Part shown: in pieces, positions 35,864 through 48,769 of the stretch
Layout of the letters: every line of letters starts with the position of its first letter
Position numbering within the stretch: position 1 is the stretch's first letter
Notes under the pieces: model-generated
What the model saw: the letters and a program-made list of their open reading frames with translations, nothing else
What the model was told of the DNA's origin: nothing
The model's database searches: none
Made by a program: the position numbers and the translations under genes
Origin: Yuukianura sp. NJ FZ-2021
Taxonomy: Eukaryota
Length of the DNA: 64,000 nt
Assembly (NCBI GenBank): GCA_046563655.1
Contig: CM102285.1
Coordinates: 7,874,001 to 7,938,000, forward strand
Direction of reading: 5' to 3'

Positions 35864-36447
35864 AACTACCTTTTTTATTTTAATTTAATTTAAATTAATA
35901 AATAAACCTAACCTTTTTTTTACCATTTTACAGTTAAAAAAAGCAAATCTATACCCCTTACCAACGATGATGGACATCGAGTTCTATTCTGGTTCCACTG
36001 CCTCCATTTCCTTTAGACAATGAAGCTGATCTCCTGCCCCCACAAAGACGTCGACGGCGAAATCGATCGTGTCGCCGCGATAGATGCAAACCCGTTGTTG
36101 CGTTTGCTGCTTCAAAGCATGTGCACCATCTCGATGTGCACTCTCCGCCCGGTAAAAGACACGACGGATAAACTGCGGGGGAAAGGGTTAGGTTGGATTA
36201 AATTACAGAAATAAGAATAATAACTAGGATGCGAAAAATTGAAGCTGTCGAACTTTATTTTATTCTTAATCATCTGCGCTCGTCTTGGAACGATGTTAAC
36301 AAACGAGAAGAGACTTAAATTTTTATCAGAATCTTTGCAATGGTGCTGACAACTGAGAATCTTCTAACGCACTGACATCGCCCTGATTTCCAAAGACGCG
36401 TCGACACCCTAAAGTTCTGAAATCTTATCGGTTCCAACTCCCCTGGT

Positions 36448-39400
36448 CAGGCTTGCACCACAAGTTCGGTGTGCATGCAAGGGGTCTCGGTCACGCTAGT
36501 CTGGCGGAAAAAAGGAGAACTACGCGTTATCAGCAATAAAAAGGGTCGAGATTGATAACGCTGGGAAGGAAAAGAAACTCTCACCTGAGCAGCACAACGA
36601 GCGCGAAAGCGCTTATTTGCTCCCTCCCCCCAAATGTTAACTTCATTTTTTTTATTTATATATTATACATAACAGACACCACTTAATTAATTAAAGTTAT
36701 TTACAATTTTACTATTTAGCATAATGTGGTCCGTGGGAAGGATTTAAAGAGTAATGCTAACGATTACATTTGATATAATCAATCATTAAGTTTGTTGCCC
36801 ATTGGCAATTGCCGTATCAAGTAACACATTTTTATAAATTCTATTTAATATTATTTGTTTTTTTTTTATTTATTACTATTTACTTCTTTTTAATATTAGT
36901 TAGAATTAATTTTTATTTAATATTCTTTCACGTTATTATATCTAACATATTAATATATTGAATTAAATGTGTTTAATTCATCAAAGAATAAGCGTAATAT
37001 CGTACGCCTATTCTAATTCAGCCAAATTGGGATATAATGTTCATGGATGCGTTTATTACTGTTAGTTTCTCTAAAAAATTGCGCTTTCATAATTCCCAAA
37101 TTTCTCCCCCCTGCCACCTCCTCCTCACTTTCATCCGCTTCGGAACTGTCAATGCTTCCGGATGATCCGGGTTCATCAATTTTTTTCTTTTTGGGTGGTT
37201 CGCGAGGATGTTCATCGTCAGCACGCGCATGCCCCCGTTCTACCCATAACTTCGCGTACCTTACGGCATTAAAATCCTGTATATTTTCAGGAGCATTTAT
37301 TTTTATGCGAAGTAAATCCTCAATATGACTCCCGGTCGGCAGTGATAAAACCACACGAATCAAGTAACGCGATGTTTCGCTCCATGGAAGCGTTTGATCG
37401 TTAAGGAGCATACTCGAGAAATGGGTCGGTTCTTTTAGGTCCCGATACCATCCATTCTCGCTCCGGAGGTGCGAGCCCAGCCGCATCGTACGCTACTTCC
37501 AACGCATAGAAGTCGTCAATTTCGGGGTTTATATCAAAGTCATCGCCCCCGGGGGCGGCGGGACACGAAACTGTGTAATCAGATGGCATATCAATGTTCA
37601 ACTCATTGGCCGTTTGACGTATGTTTTCTGTGGGCATCTCGAATGCAAAGCGTTACGCCTGGCAGTCATTTCCTAGATACGGAGTAGGGCGGCCATGCTT
37701 AAAGGATTCAAATTGGTATGGGAGGTTGTCGGTGTTACAATTCGATAACGTAAATGAATCTTCCTCGTTGTAGGAGAATGGGTTAAGGACGTGTTTACAA
37801 GTTACAAATGCGGACCAAATATTTTTCGGTAGATCGAGGTCGTGATTTTGACGTGGACCATACACAACCATGTCGATTGCAGTATCTACAACTAAATTCA
37901 CGATTTCGTCTGCTAGCGGCAACGGGTCGACTCTGTTGTACCTTTTTCTGGGCAGGTTAATTGTAGAAAGGGAAAGTCTTGACATTCTTGGCTTATGCAA
38001 TAACACAATTGCATAAGCCTTTTCTGGAGGTGGCAAAAATTGACAGCCTGTGCATATGCGGCCGAGCCCTTCCAAGGTGCTTTCATAAATAACAAAAAAA
38101 TTTGTTTCTGAGAACGCTTGGTTTTGTAAGGCTAGAACCGCAATAATTGTGTTCGCCTCAAGGTCTATAACAATGACCTTTGTATCGTGGAGGTGACGAA
38201 CCTTTAAGTGGATTTTAGCGTCTTTGCATTTTAATTAACTCTAGAAATACCTCTCTTGCAACAGGACTCGGTGAATAAATTGATACTTCATTGAGCAGAA
38301 TGACGCAGGAATCCCCGTAGAACGGAACGGGCCAGTCGAAAAGAGCAGAATTGAGAGGTAGAAGAGTTCTGATGGGTAACAGTCCTCCCCAAGGAGGAAG
38401 CGCATCCTTTTTTGCAGGAGGGTTCTCTTTCGGTTGGATTTCATGTGATGATGATGGTAAATCCACGTTCTGTCCATCACCGCCAACAGGAGACCAATTT
38501 GTTTTGTTTCCCTGAAATGATCGTAAAATTAGTATTATATTCCGTCTCTGAACACTTCCCACAGAATCTGAGAACAACAAAAAAAGATTTACATAAACCA
38601 TTTCAACCTTCTCTCCGCCCGTTAAAGGAAGTTTTAGTAAATATACTTACCTGAGGTTTGGTAAATTAAATGCAAGGCAAGGAAATATTGAAGAATGGTG
38701 TAGGGAACGCTCGTTTCTGGTGAGTGCACCAGAAGTAAAATCCACATTAATAACAGAAAGCACACTTACACAAAACGAAAGATACATTTTGTTGTACACT
38801 CGAAATTTTGTGATATACTGGTTAGAAGCGGAACACTGAATGAAGTTTTAATTTGTTTAGACTCATCTTATAGTACTTGAGAACCAGGAACTTTGGGTTT
38901 CAATTGAGAGTGACCTCGAGAAAACGAGTTTTTAAAAGTATTGCACAAAAAGAATGTCAACTCATAAGGAAGTTCTAATGCTTAGAATACAAATTAGCAT
39001 CTGCATTGACTTTTGCAAACGAATATTTGATCTCAGGTTTGTAGGTAAACAAGTTGGGAAGAAAATACTGAATTGAATTTGAAAGTAGGAAAAAACCAGT
39101 TCCTAATTAGCATAATTTCCTAAAGGGTCTTTGTTTTGCAACAATGCCTAATTAGCATAACGGGCCATTATGCTAATTAGTAAAATTGTAATTAACTTTA
39201 ATGAATTAATTGGTGTCTGTTATGTATAATATATAAATAAAAAAATAGAGTGTTAACATTTGGAGGGAGCAAATTAGCGCTTTCGCGCTCGTTGTGCTGC
39301 CTCGTTGTGCTGCTTGGGTGAGAGATTCTTTTCCTTCCCATCGTTATCAATCTCGACCCTTTTTATTGCTGATAACGCGCAGTTCTCCTTTTTCCGCCAG

Positions 39401-39453
39401 ACTAGCGTGACCGAGACCCCTTGCATGCACACCGAACTTGTGGTGCAAGCCTG
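36448..39453. mobile_element. Non-autonomous hAT-like TIR element with ~240-bp TIRs and coding cargo
   Basis: CAGGCTTGCACCACAAG... / ...CTTGTGGTGCAAGCCTG; arms ~36448-36688 and ~39206-39453; 8-bp TSD CCCCTGGT/CCCTTGGT (1 mismatch). Confidence 0.85.
37013..38650 (-). pseudogene. Broken ORF chain of unknown function inside the TIR element
   Basis: Consecutive minus ORFs 38601-38215, 38075-37653, 37637-37401, 37486-37013 separated by single stops/frameshifts; PPKKKK NLS-like motif; no transposase motif recognised. Confidence 0.5.
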
Positions 39454-39519
39454 CCCTTGGTCTCTGACCATGTCTTATTTTTACTATTTTTCGAAAAAAA
39501 AAAGCACCCTCTGTTTTAT

Positions 39520-40270
39520 TTTAGACAAGAAAAGAGCAAACCAATGGAATAGAAAAACATATAGATTAACACGTACACATTAGCTGACAAATTTTCAAGG
39601 CTGCGCATTTTAAAGGTTTGATTTTAGAAAGAATATTGCAAATGAAAAATTAAATTGGCAGTGGAATTCCCAACACTTAAATGTTGCATTGTCGTCAATG
39701 TTCGTGTCCCAGAACGAATTTTTCGAAAGAGCGGACATGAGATCCTGTGCATCGGCAATGGCGCAATCTGCCATTTGATTCATATTTGGGTCTCTCAGGT
39801 CCACCACACTGCCAATCCTAAATTAGTTATGTTTTGAGATTCATCAAATTTCATCCCTCGTTGCTTTTAGCAAGTTGGTTAGGTTAGTTAGCATGTCACC
39901 AAATGCGCTGAGTTTAAACATTTGAACTTTGGGGTCCCGTGACCTCTCAAAGGCGTCGCTGCATAGGATCCACTTATTTGGACTATTGTACTTAGGCAGA
40001 TTAAAAAAATTTAGCGAATCCTGATCGACGAAAATCATAATGCCAGTAATTCTCAGGAACTGGTTAATCCTGCCACTTGATTTCTTCAGAAGCTTTTTCA
40101 CGCAAGAAAAATCATTGTGGTCGGTGCCGTTACAACAAGGTCCTTTGAGAATTTTGACCTTTTTCTGTGTCATTTCAGTCATCATGAGCTGAGTAATCCA
40201 GCCGGCGACACTATTGTATCGCCCATAAGCCAGAATGACAACCATCTTGTTCTGCAGGAAGGTTTTTGTT
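39520..40270 (-). repeat. Dispersed repeat, copy 1 (unknown coding remnant)
   Basis: Similar to 48770-50025; both encode MMTEMTQKKVKILKGPCC(N/K)GTDHND. Confidence 0.75.
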
Positions 40271-40289
40271 TACCACTTTTTACAAAATT

Positions 40290-41700
40290 ACAAAGAACTA
40301 CATGTATGAAACTTCTTACGTAGTTGCATTTGCAATTGAGTTCACTAAATTGGTGAGGAGCACTGCACTACACAATTCCAATTTTGGAGTGGTTTCTCCG
40401 GCTAGAGCATCACTGGTTTTGGCGGCAACTAATTCCACTTTCACTTCTCCATTGTGAATGGAGCGAAGGTATGCGCATACGCAGTAAGCTTGGTTACTGG
40501 CATCGCAAAAACTAATTAAATCGGTAGTGAGTGTTGTCGGGAGAGAAAGTGGAAAGTCAAACACCGTGGAATTCGGAATTTCTTGAGGAGGGAGAGTTCA
40601 CTGCAGTACTTTTCCTATTTTTCAAAATGTGGAGGGGGATTGGCTCGTCCCATGTCAATTTGAGATTCCATAGCTCTTGGAGGATGATTTTGGGAATGAT
40701 GGAGACAGGAGGGAGTCAGTTGAGTGGGTTAAACACCCTGGCGGTATGTGGCAAAACTTCACGTTTGATTGTTTGGGGGCCACATATTTTGACACCAAAA
40801 GTGTCGGAGTGGGCGACGCCAAAAGAGTCCAATGGTTTTGATGGATTCATCTTCCTGGATGTTGAAGGAGAAAGTTTCACGTATCTTCCTGGATGTTGAA
40901 GGAGAAAGTTTCACGTTCGGAGGTGGGGATGGAGCTTAACACCTCCGGGTATTTAGAACGCCATTTTTGCAGTTGGAACTTCCCTTGGTGGAGAACTGTT
41001 GTCACTTGGGGCTTCAATTCCATTGCTTCTTCCATTGCCGTTGCTCCTGAAGTCAGTTTATCGACAAGGAAGTCGCTGGTCATGGCTGTATTAAAAATTA
41101 AATTTTCTAGAAAATAAGAAGCGAAGAAAGCCGACTTACCTTTATTTCTTTGTCATAGTCCAGTTCGCAGTTGGAAGACTGTACTGCATTCGTATGCACA
41201 GTGTACACACTTGAACTAAAAAGAAACGTGCGAATATGACACTCTGGAAAAATGGTTTTATGCTGAGTTTGTAGTGCTACCTTTGTTTGCCGAAATGTCT
41301 TTCTCTTTCGTCTGTTGCTCATTGTGGCGGAGAGTGGATGAGCGGTTGGATCAACCTTCTGACAATGTGGGTGCAATTTTCACTGGTAGTTCCAAACAAG
41401 AGTCCGGCAACTATAAAAAAACCTATGTTGCAACAGTCATTTCTAATTGCTAAGTCGAGTTTCTCAAAGTACTTCTAACCAATGGCGTAATAGAGGACGA
41501 GAGAAATCCACTTGGAAGAGACTTAATTGTGTTGATGAATTCCGGGTTATCCAGCAATTCAATAAGCGAAGAAATGGGTTTAATCAAGGATAAAATTGTC
41601 TTCTAATAGTGTCCTGATACAGAAACTCACGCTCCCACCGATCAAAGACAAATCCCGTAATCAAAGTGTTTGGGCCAGACCTCTGATACGAAATGAAATG
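40290..41700 (-). pseudogene. BEL/Pao retrotransposon RT-RNase H remnant
   Basis: LVDKLTSGA...GKFQLQKWRS; FCDASNQAYCVCAYLR; LVAAKT; TTPKLELCSAVLL; 33-bp internal duplication near 40849-40915. Confidence 0.85.
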
Positions 41701-42689
41701 AAAATGGGAAATAGTGATTTGGTTAAATAGTGATTTAACTCACCGGTATTGTAGTCGATCAGAGCAAACGTGACTGTATCCACCACTTGGCTGTTCATCC
41801 CGATAAAAATAAAAACCCTTGGAGTTACAATTTGTACAGGCCCAGTTTACTTCTTTTTTTTTAATGTAATTCCGTCAACCTCTCCCGGACCTAAAGTCGA
41901 AAATAAACTTTAGCTAAACTGAGAATTTCTAAAATCCTAAGAATTCCGGAATCCGAAAAAGCTAATTACCTAAAATTAAGGCCGTTCCGTTCTGCCAAAT
42001 AGTAAATGGAGTTTGGAGGAATAAAGGTCGGAGGGAAGGGGAAGAATAATTTTTTTTTATATTTTGACTTATCTCGTCGTACCGTGCTTGTACACTGAAA
42101 CCTGCTAAATTTGAGCCATAAAATTTCGAGTCGCGGGCGAGAGGCCGTGTGCTGTTGAGTCCAAAATTTCGATGCGCGCAACACCCGAAGCACTTCGAAT
42201 TTTTCTGCGCACGAGCTTCAATGATGCTGTTTGACGCAACGTTCTGCTGTACGTTGAACACCTGTCCAAGCGTTTTCACTCTACTGTTGATTACTTTGTC
42301 ACTCCAAACTGGAAGATTACTTTCCCTTTCTTTGTATACCCAGTTTTTGATGTCAATGGCTATTTTAGAGTACTGAAGCAAAGTGACTCGCCCAAGAAAA
42401 TTGTATAATGCAATTTCAAATTGCTGTGTTATTACATAAATTTCGGTTCTTGCTGGAGCGTAGGTAGTTGACGGATCAAGTGAAAATGCAATGAAAATCA
42501 TAAATTTTTTTTTGAAAGGCAGAAGAGAGTTTTTATTTTTTTTTATTTTTTTAGATGTTGGGCAACTTGTTGACATGGTTAGCTGCAAATATATTTATAC
42601 TTTACACAAATCTGTACCATTCCACTTGATTTTTTGCATTTTTTGAAATTGAGAGTGAAAGAAATTAAAGATAATGCAATCATTAAAAG

Positions 42690-43090
42690 AAGGGTTTTTT
42701 CTGGTATGGATTGTAAAATATGAGAAAACCTGAGCCCTTGCATAAGATTGGAAGCTATATACAAACAAAAGTATTCACACTAAGCACTTTGGACGTTTTT
42801 TCTGTTTTCCTTTTCAAGAGGGAAGGGGGCTTCTGTAGACTTTGTAACTGGCAGGTTTGGATCCAAAAAACGTCATCGAAGGTTTCTCGTCTCCAGGCCT
42901 TTGTTCAATCCAGAATAGAACCCAGTGACGTCTCTTTTCCTTAAAGGGACGATCATTTGAAATGATGCCAACAAGGAAACTGTGAAAGTCGACCTGATTC
43001 ACCTGTTGTGCGGCGACAACAAAGATTCTCGGTTTCAGTTTGCTGCACTTGCTCAAGGACTTGAAAATTGTTGGATGAAATGCCTGACTC
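42690..43090 (-). pseudogene. Adenain-like cysteine protease remnant (Polinton/adintovirus)
   Basis: IISNDRP...HWVLFW...TFFGS then NVQSA*CEYFCLY, matching the His/(Asp)/Gln-Cys motif order of Polinton proteases. Confidence 0.6.
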
Positions 43091-45021
43091 TGGACACTGA
43101 TGGATATTTGATTGATTCATTTATTAATAATTAAAGACTTAAAACTAACATTAATGGTTAAAAAGACTAATTTAAGTTACTAAAAATTGAGAATTTTAGA
43201 GGTAGGACTCTCTAGAAGGAGACTGAGAAGAAGACTGACTCGGTTGAATATTATGTGTGGAGGAACACTCCTCCTTCCTTACAAGTTAGTAATGCAAAGA
43301 GCGTTGGCTTTTACACACAGAAGATTGACAGAGAGTGTTGACTTTTACATACGCATACTATCCTTGATACTAGTGCGCAAGTCAGTAGTACAATAGTACT
43401 ATTTTCACATTAACAGTAGACGCTAACCCCTTTTTTGATTCTCTTCTCCACACAAGTGGATTAACATTAACCCTATGACACACTAACATTAAACACTAAA
43501 CACTAACCGCTACTTTCTTAACACGATTTTTGTTTGCATTTTTGAAATCGAAATCGGCAGACATTTTTAATTCCGAGTCTTGGCGAAATTTGTTTACTTT
43601 TTTCGTCTCCAAGGAAAACAAATTTCAAAATCCGAGTTACGCCCTTCTTCGTTGGGACTATTCGATTGTTTCACAAAATTGATTTTTGGAAAATTGGAAT
43701 TTGGTTTTGCAATTGCCTTCTGAAAGTACAAACTGAAAATGATGAGAATCAGGAGATCATTTAATATTTTGAGATTTTTTTAGGCGTTGAAAAATACAAA
43801 GTGAATTAAGAGTCATAAAAATGAACACAATGTGAGCCCTTGACCGCTCTGATCTGAAGCCTACGGCCAAGGCCCCACAACTTCTGTAAGCCCCGTGGAC
43901 ACCGAGGGGGTAACCCCGCGGTTCCCGGGAGAAAGTAGGAGAAAAGGCGATCGACCGCACCTTGACTGCGGCGACCGGAAGCGGCCTCTGACTGTATCAC
44001 GGGCGGTTCCTGGTCCAGGGCTTGAGGGAGTAGCGAGGTCATGGGGTGAAAGCCGAGGCGAGAAAGAATGGCTCCTCAGACTACAACCCTTCAGATCATC
44101 TAAAGAAATCTCGCTTAGGGCTCTGGAGAAAGTTCCGTCACACACTTTTATTCGCACACCAAAGAAACTGAACACAAGGAGCCACCGTGACCTCCGGAGT
44201 CGAGAGGTCAAGCCCGAGTTCAGTGAGGAGTCAGCGGATGATCTCGACTAAGGGACATTCCCCTGAAGCCGAGATCACTCCGCTTTCCCCGAGCCGATCT
44301 CTCTTCTTCCTCTCCTGTCTTCTCGAGATTCAGATTCGCAAAATCCCATTTGCGAATCTGAGTCTCTATTTTTGTAATGATAACCGGGTCATCTCCTAAT
44401 CAGGAGATGACTCTGTTAGGATTCCCGGGTAACTGGTGAAACCGAATCCCGCCGAACTTTGGAGGCGACCTTGGAGGTTCTTCCAAGTTAGGCGGAAACC
44501 ATGTCACTCCTAAATCCGCCTTTCTGGCACGGTTTAGGAGCTGACATAATCTCCCCCCTCCGGTTGGAAACGGAGGCTCCGTTTGATTTGTACATTAGAA
44601 GAACACGCATTAAGTAGTAGAGGGGCATATAGGCAATGGGCGGTAGATGGTATGATAAATATATCTGGCACAATTTGTAAACATAACATGTTTGTTACGA
44701 ACCTTTGTCTGAAGTTTGTAGTAATCTATATTAACATTGAAGTGGTAACTGACGATAACTTGTACATTAAAGTTGGTAGATGATTAGTGAACATCAATGG
44801 TTGTTGTCTTATAACTAGGGAAAACACACTCCAAGGTTTACACTATTTTTTGGTATTTTTTCGAGAAATGTTCGTTGCTTACATCTAGATTCTAATATGC
44901 TAATAAAAGAAAGGAGAAGAAAGGGAAAGAGAGAAAGAAAATAGGAGAAACACCACGAGAGATAGAGTGTTGTAGAAAGAGAGAGAAAGAGAAAGAACGC
45001 GAGTAGATAGAAGAGAGGGGT

Positions 45022-46050
45022 TTACGCGGTGGGGTTGCACATTCTGACTTGAACTGCGAGCATTGTTAAGGTTTCCGGGTGGTCGGGCTGCGGGGTCTCC
45101 ACTAGCTGGTGAAATTCGTTGTTTAGGGGGTGACATAATCCAGCTGATACAAAAGGTCGTGGCTGGTCCGGTTCGTGGTCATAACGAGGCGGGTGTAGAC
45201 CACCCTGGGCCCACATTTGAATGGTGTAGAGAGAGAATTGACAACAATACCAAGATTGTGACATTCAATGGAGTCTTTCCCTAGGATACAGGACTGATTG
45301 TGGTAGGTGTGTCGTAGCCACGGAGGATGTGGGCGGTATACCTTATACTGGTCTCCCCATAACATGACGGAATCCATGAAGATACAAGTACCGGACTCAA
45401 TGGAGCAAGGAAGAAAGGTAGGACGGTCCGCAACGGAAATCAAGCCTTGGGAATTGACGGAAATATTGTGGATGCGGATGTAATAGTTATCAACGGAAGA
45501 GTAAATAGTACCGTTAGTAATAGCTGTAGTATGTGTAGGTTTTGAGGGACGTGCCGAAATATGTGTGTTCTAAGTTGAGGGGTAACATAAGTTGGCCATT
45601 TGGGACTTTGCGAGTCAAAACGAGGCGTTGGCAGTCTTATACGCTAAGGAGTTCGTTAGTGTGTGTGAGGGAGTGTTCCCCTGCGCCGAAAGAGTAGTAG
45701 GTCTTGTACTCGTTGGTCCTAGTTTTGATACATTCGAAACCGACGTATTCGCGAGTGAGCGGATGACTGACTACGAAATCGGTTATGACAACCACTCCAG
45801 AGGCTGTGGTCGTCCCGCAAAAGCCTTGGTTGTTGGTTTTCTTATACATGAGTCCTAGGGTCCAATAACTTTTCTGGTTCGGGTCGGTGAGAGGATATTT
45901 GCCGATCTCTAGACTCTCGTGGGTTTTGGGAGACGGGGTATCAGGGAGAGTATCGTTGTGGCTAAGAAGGCGGAGTAACTCCTGGTCGCTAGTGTTGATC
46001 ACCGAAGTTACCGTGGCGAAGACAAGGAAGCAGAACAGGATTGGAGACAT
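45022..46050 (-). pseudogene. Secreted class III glycoprotein-like paralog C
   Basis: Signal MSPILFCFLVFATVTS; GFECIK; DCQRLV...PNGQLM; DNYY; CSIESGTC..MLW; ends LNNEFHQL...C; stops/frameshift; no TM. Confidence 0.6.
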
Positions 46051-46165
46051 ATTCTAAAAGAAAGTAGTCCGTATTGTGAATAAATGAAGCTTGAAGTCGC
46101 AATGTTAACAGGTAATATTGTGTGACACCGCGAGCATGGCTCGTTTGTGACCTCAGTCCGCCGCA

Positions 46166-47444
46166 TTAATCCATATCCTGGATAGAGTCGAAAGGATGAT
46201 GGGAAGGTAAGGCTGGTGGCCCGGGCGAAGGAGTGGTAAGATTGACGACCACAGGATCATAGGTTTCAAGAGACAAAGGTGGAGCTTGTTGAACGCGGTA
46301 CTGAGTGTTAAATCGCGGAAAATGGGGATGATCAGGACGGGACTCAGATTCGGGGTATAGAGGTTTGAGGTTCAGGATTTTTTGAGTACGTACCGTGGCT
46401 AAAGGTTCAGAAGTTGGGGAAGGTACTTGTTTGAAGTCACACGCTCCAATATGAAGGATTTTAAGGAAACTCGCTTTGCCGAGTTGGATAGTCTCAAAGA
46501 GTTTCTGAAAGCGCTTCTCGATTTTAAATTTGCGGGTAATGTCTAAAGTGCTTTTGTCAATATTTTAAATGCCAGAGGTGGAGTCAATCAATGCACGGAC
46601 GACGCCTAGCTTGGCACCACAGGTGGAACTTTGCGACGAATAATAATCGCTGATCCCTATAGACAAGGAAGGGCAAATGAGGTGCTGTGGGTTAAGGTAG
46701 CAGTTGTGAGCGAATCTACGTGTTAGTGTACAATTACTCTTATTTTCCCCAAAAAGGCGGCAAACAACGATGCCCTGTGTGGTGTAGCATGAGTTAGTGT
46801 CGAATTCACAGTCATCACGGAGTCCACCAAGTTCGCGATTGCGCACGAACCCGGTGTAGGGGTCATAAGTGATGGAGGTTTTGTTGATGAAATAGTTGTC
46901 GATCTGGACTCCCCAGGCGGTGTTGGAGCGTAATTGAGTGTTGTTAGTCTCGAGAAAATTGTTAGTACCCCAGGTGGTACCGTTAAGACGAATCATGGGA
47001 TATCCTTCGGGGTCTATCTTCTTATGATACATTCTAGTGCAATCTTCAGCTGAAATAGCTAAGGCGTCAAAGGCGGAGGTTTTCTGGAGCGGTTCATTCA
47101 ATGTAGGGCGGCGAATGTAGGTATCGACTTCGTGGACACAGTGATAGGCCGGGAATTCCTTCGTCTGTAGTTCGCTGCTCCAAATCTCCACAGTCATCAC
47201 TCATCAGGAGAGAGTTTTCCAGAGAAAAGGGACAGGACTCGGGACGAATGGACATCATCCCCATGGTCCAAATACAAGGCGACGGCGTTGGAGCGTGGGT
47301 TGGAGGGAGCAGCTCCGCGTCGGGCTCGATGAGAAGGTTAACAAAGCGGGCCGATTCGTCGAATTCCTGGGTGACTTCCCTGACGGCCGCATGGGACGAA
47401 GAAGTGATGAGCAAAGAGCAGAGGAAGCGGAAATGGAACGTCAT
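46166..47444 (-). pseudogene. Secreted class III glycoprotein-like paralog B
   Basis: Signal MTFHFRFLCSLLITSSSHA; AYHCVH; AISAEDCTRM...DPEGYPM; WGTN; DNYF; CEFDTNSCYTTQGIVV; LICPSL; IEKRFQKLF...LHIGAC; no TM. Confidence 0.65.
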
Positions 47445-47462
47445 GGTGTCTGAAAGACCATA

Positions 47463-48525
47463 TCAAGATATAGGATCGTGCTGTTGGGGTCTTTGGTTGA
47501 ATGTGGTGCATTCACCGAGGTGAATGGCCTGAATATAAGTTGAAGGCTGCTTTTGAAGGTTAAGCCAGAGCTTTGTAAAATTAGTGTCGATTTTGACGAC
47601 AGAGCTTAATTTAACAGGTTGAGGGTAGGTAGGAGTCGTGGTTAACTTAACAAGCGAAGCATGGGTGTGAGGTGACAGCTGCGGAAGGGCATAATTTGTT
47701 TCTGCGAGATGGGACATTGGATAGAGTGTGGGGAAATGATGCACCAGTGATCCAGCTGAGTTGACCATTGGCAATCCCGTGGGGTGGCGTCGGATTTTTA
47801 ACGTGAGGAATTCCTTGCAAGAGGACGCCGTTAACCAGTTGACAGCTGTGCTGCTTAAAGGAGCAGCGTTGTTCAAACAGGATCTCGTCGTTGAGGATGG
47901 CTAAATTGCTGGGGTCGATGAAGAGATAAACCTTTTGAAGGTTGTAATCAATGAAAGTGTGACGAACTGTAGTATTCAATGGAAAAGAGGAAGGGGGACG
48001 ACGTTTGGCTGGTCGCCATGAAGAGTAGACTGGGCGATTGAGGGAAAGCTGGTGCATGTAGATAGTTTTGAATTGGTGGGAGTCGAGGGGAAGTTGGCGA
48101 AGAGGTTGGCCCGTAGGGTCCCGGTTGGTCTGGAGCATCAGCTCGCATTGTAGAGGGGTGATTGCTACGTTAAAGTCCTGGTGGGTGATGACATAAGACC
48201 GAGATTGGCCCGATTTGGGAGTGTCGCTCTGGATCGAAGAGATGGTACTGGAGCACACGTATGCTGTGAAGGGTGATTCCACCGGAGAAGGCAAGGTGAT
48301 TTCCACTGCGGCTAAATATGAGTCATGAAGTTGGAAGGAGCGGGTACTGAGAGATCCGTCAATTGTCCCAGAATCCAGCTTGTTGTGGCGTTGGTGGGAT
48401 TTAGGTGAATGTTAGTGAGGGCTTTTGCTAAGTGGCTGGCCGATTAGATCGGCCCTAATTATCGGTTGTAGGATACAGGAGAAGAAGACGAAAGTGGTGA
48501 TAAAGAAGGCGAGGGGGCACTGCGT
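47463..48525 (-). pseudogene. Secreted class III glycoprotein-like paralog A
   Basis: Signal-like PLAFFITTFVFFSC; AYVCSS; AITPLQCELM...DPTGQPL; CSFKQHSCQLVNGVLL; IDTNFTKLW...IHLGEC; frameshifts; no TM. Confidence 0.6.
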
Positions 48526-48769
48526 AATGATTAGTCAGTTCTTCCGACAAGTGCCAAAGACTACGCGCTGAGGAATAATATAAGCTGGTTCGTACTGGCT
48601 GAAGTGCGGTACCTTGACACACAGGGGCAATTTTTTTTCAAAAGGGGTGGGGCTTCGTGTCAGATGTTTTTCTAGAGGCAGATTTACATGTCGATTCTAT
48701 TGAAAAATTTTCAATAAATAACTCGTCGTTTGTCAAGGCAATTTAGATTTTCTTTGGGCTAGCTTTTAC

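Noticed and set aside
43750..44600. GC-rich segment with overlapping ORFs
   Set aside because: Probably TE-derived but no termini or domain could be identified
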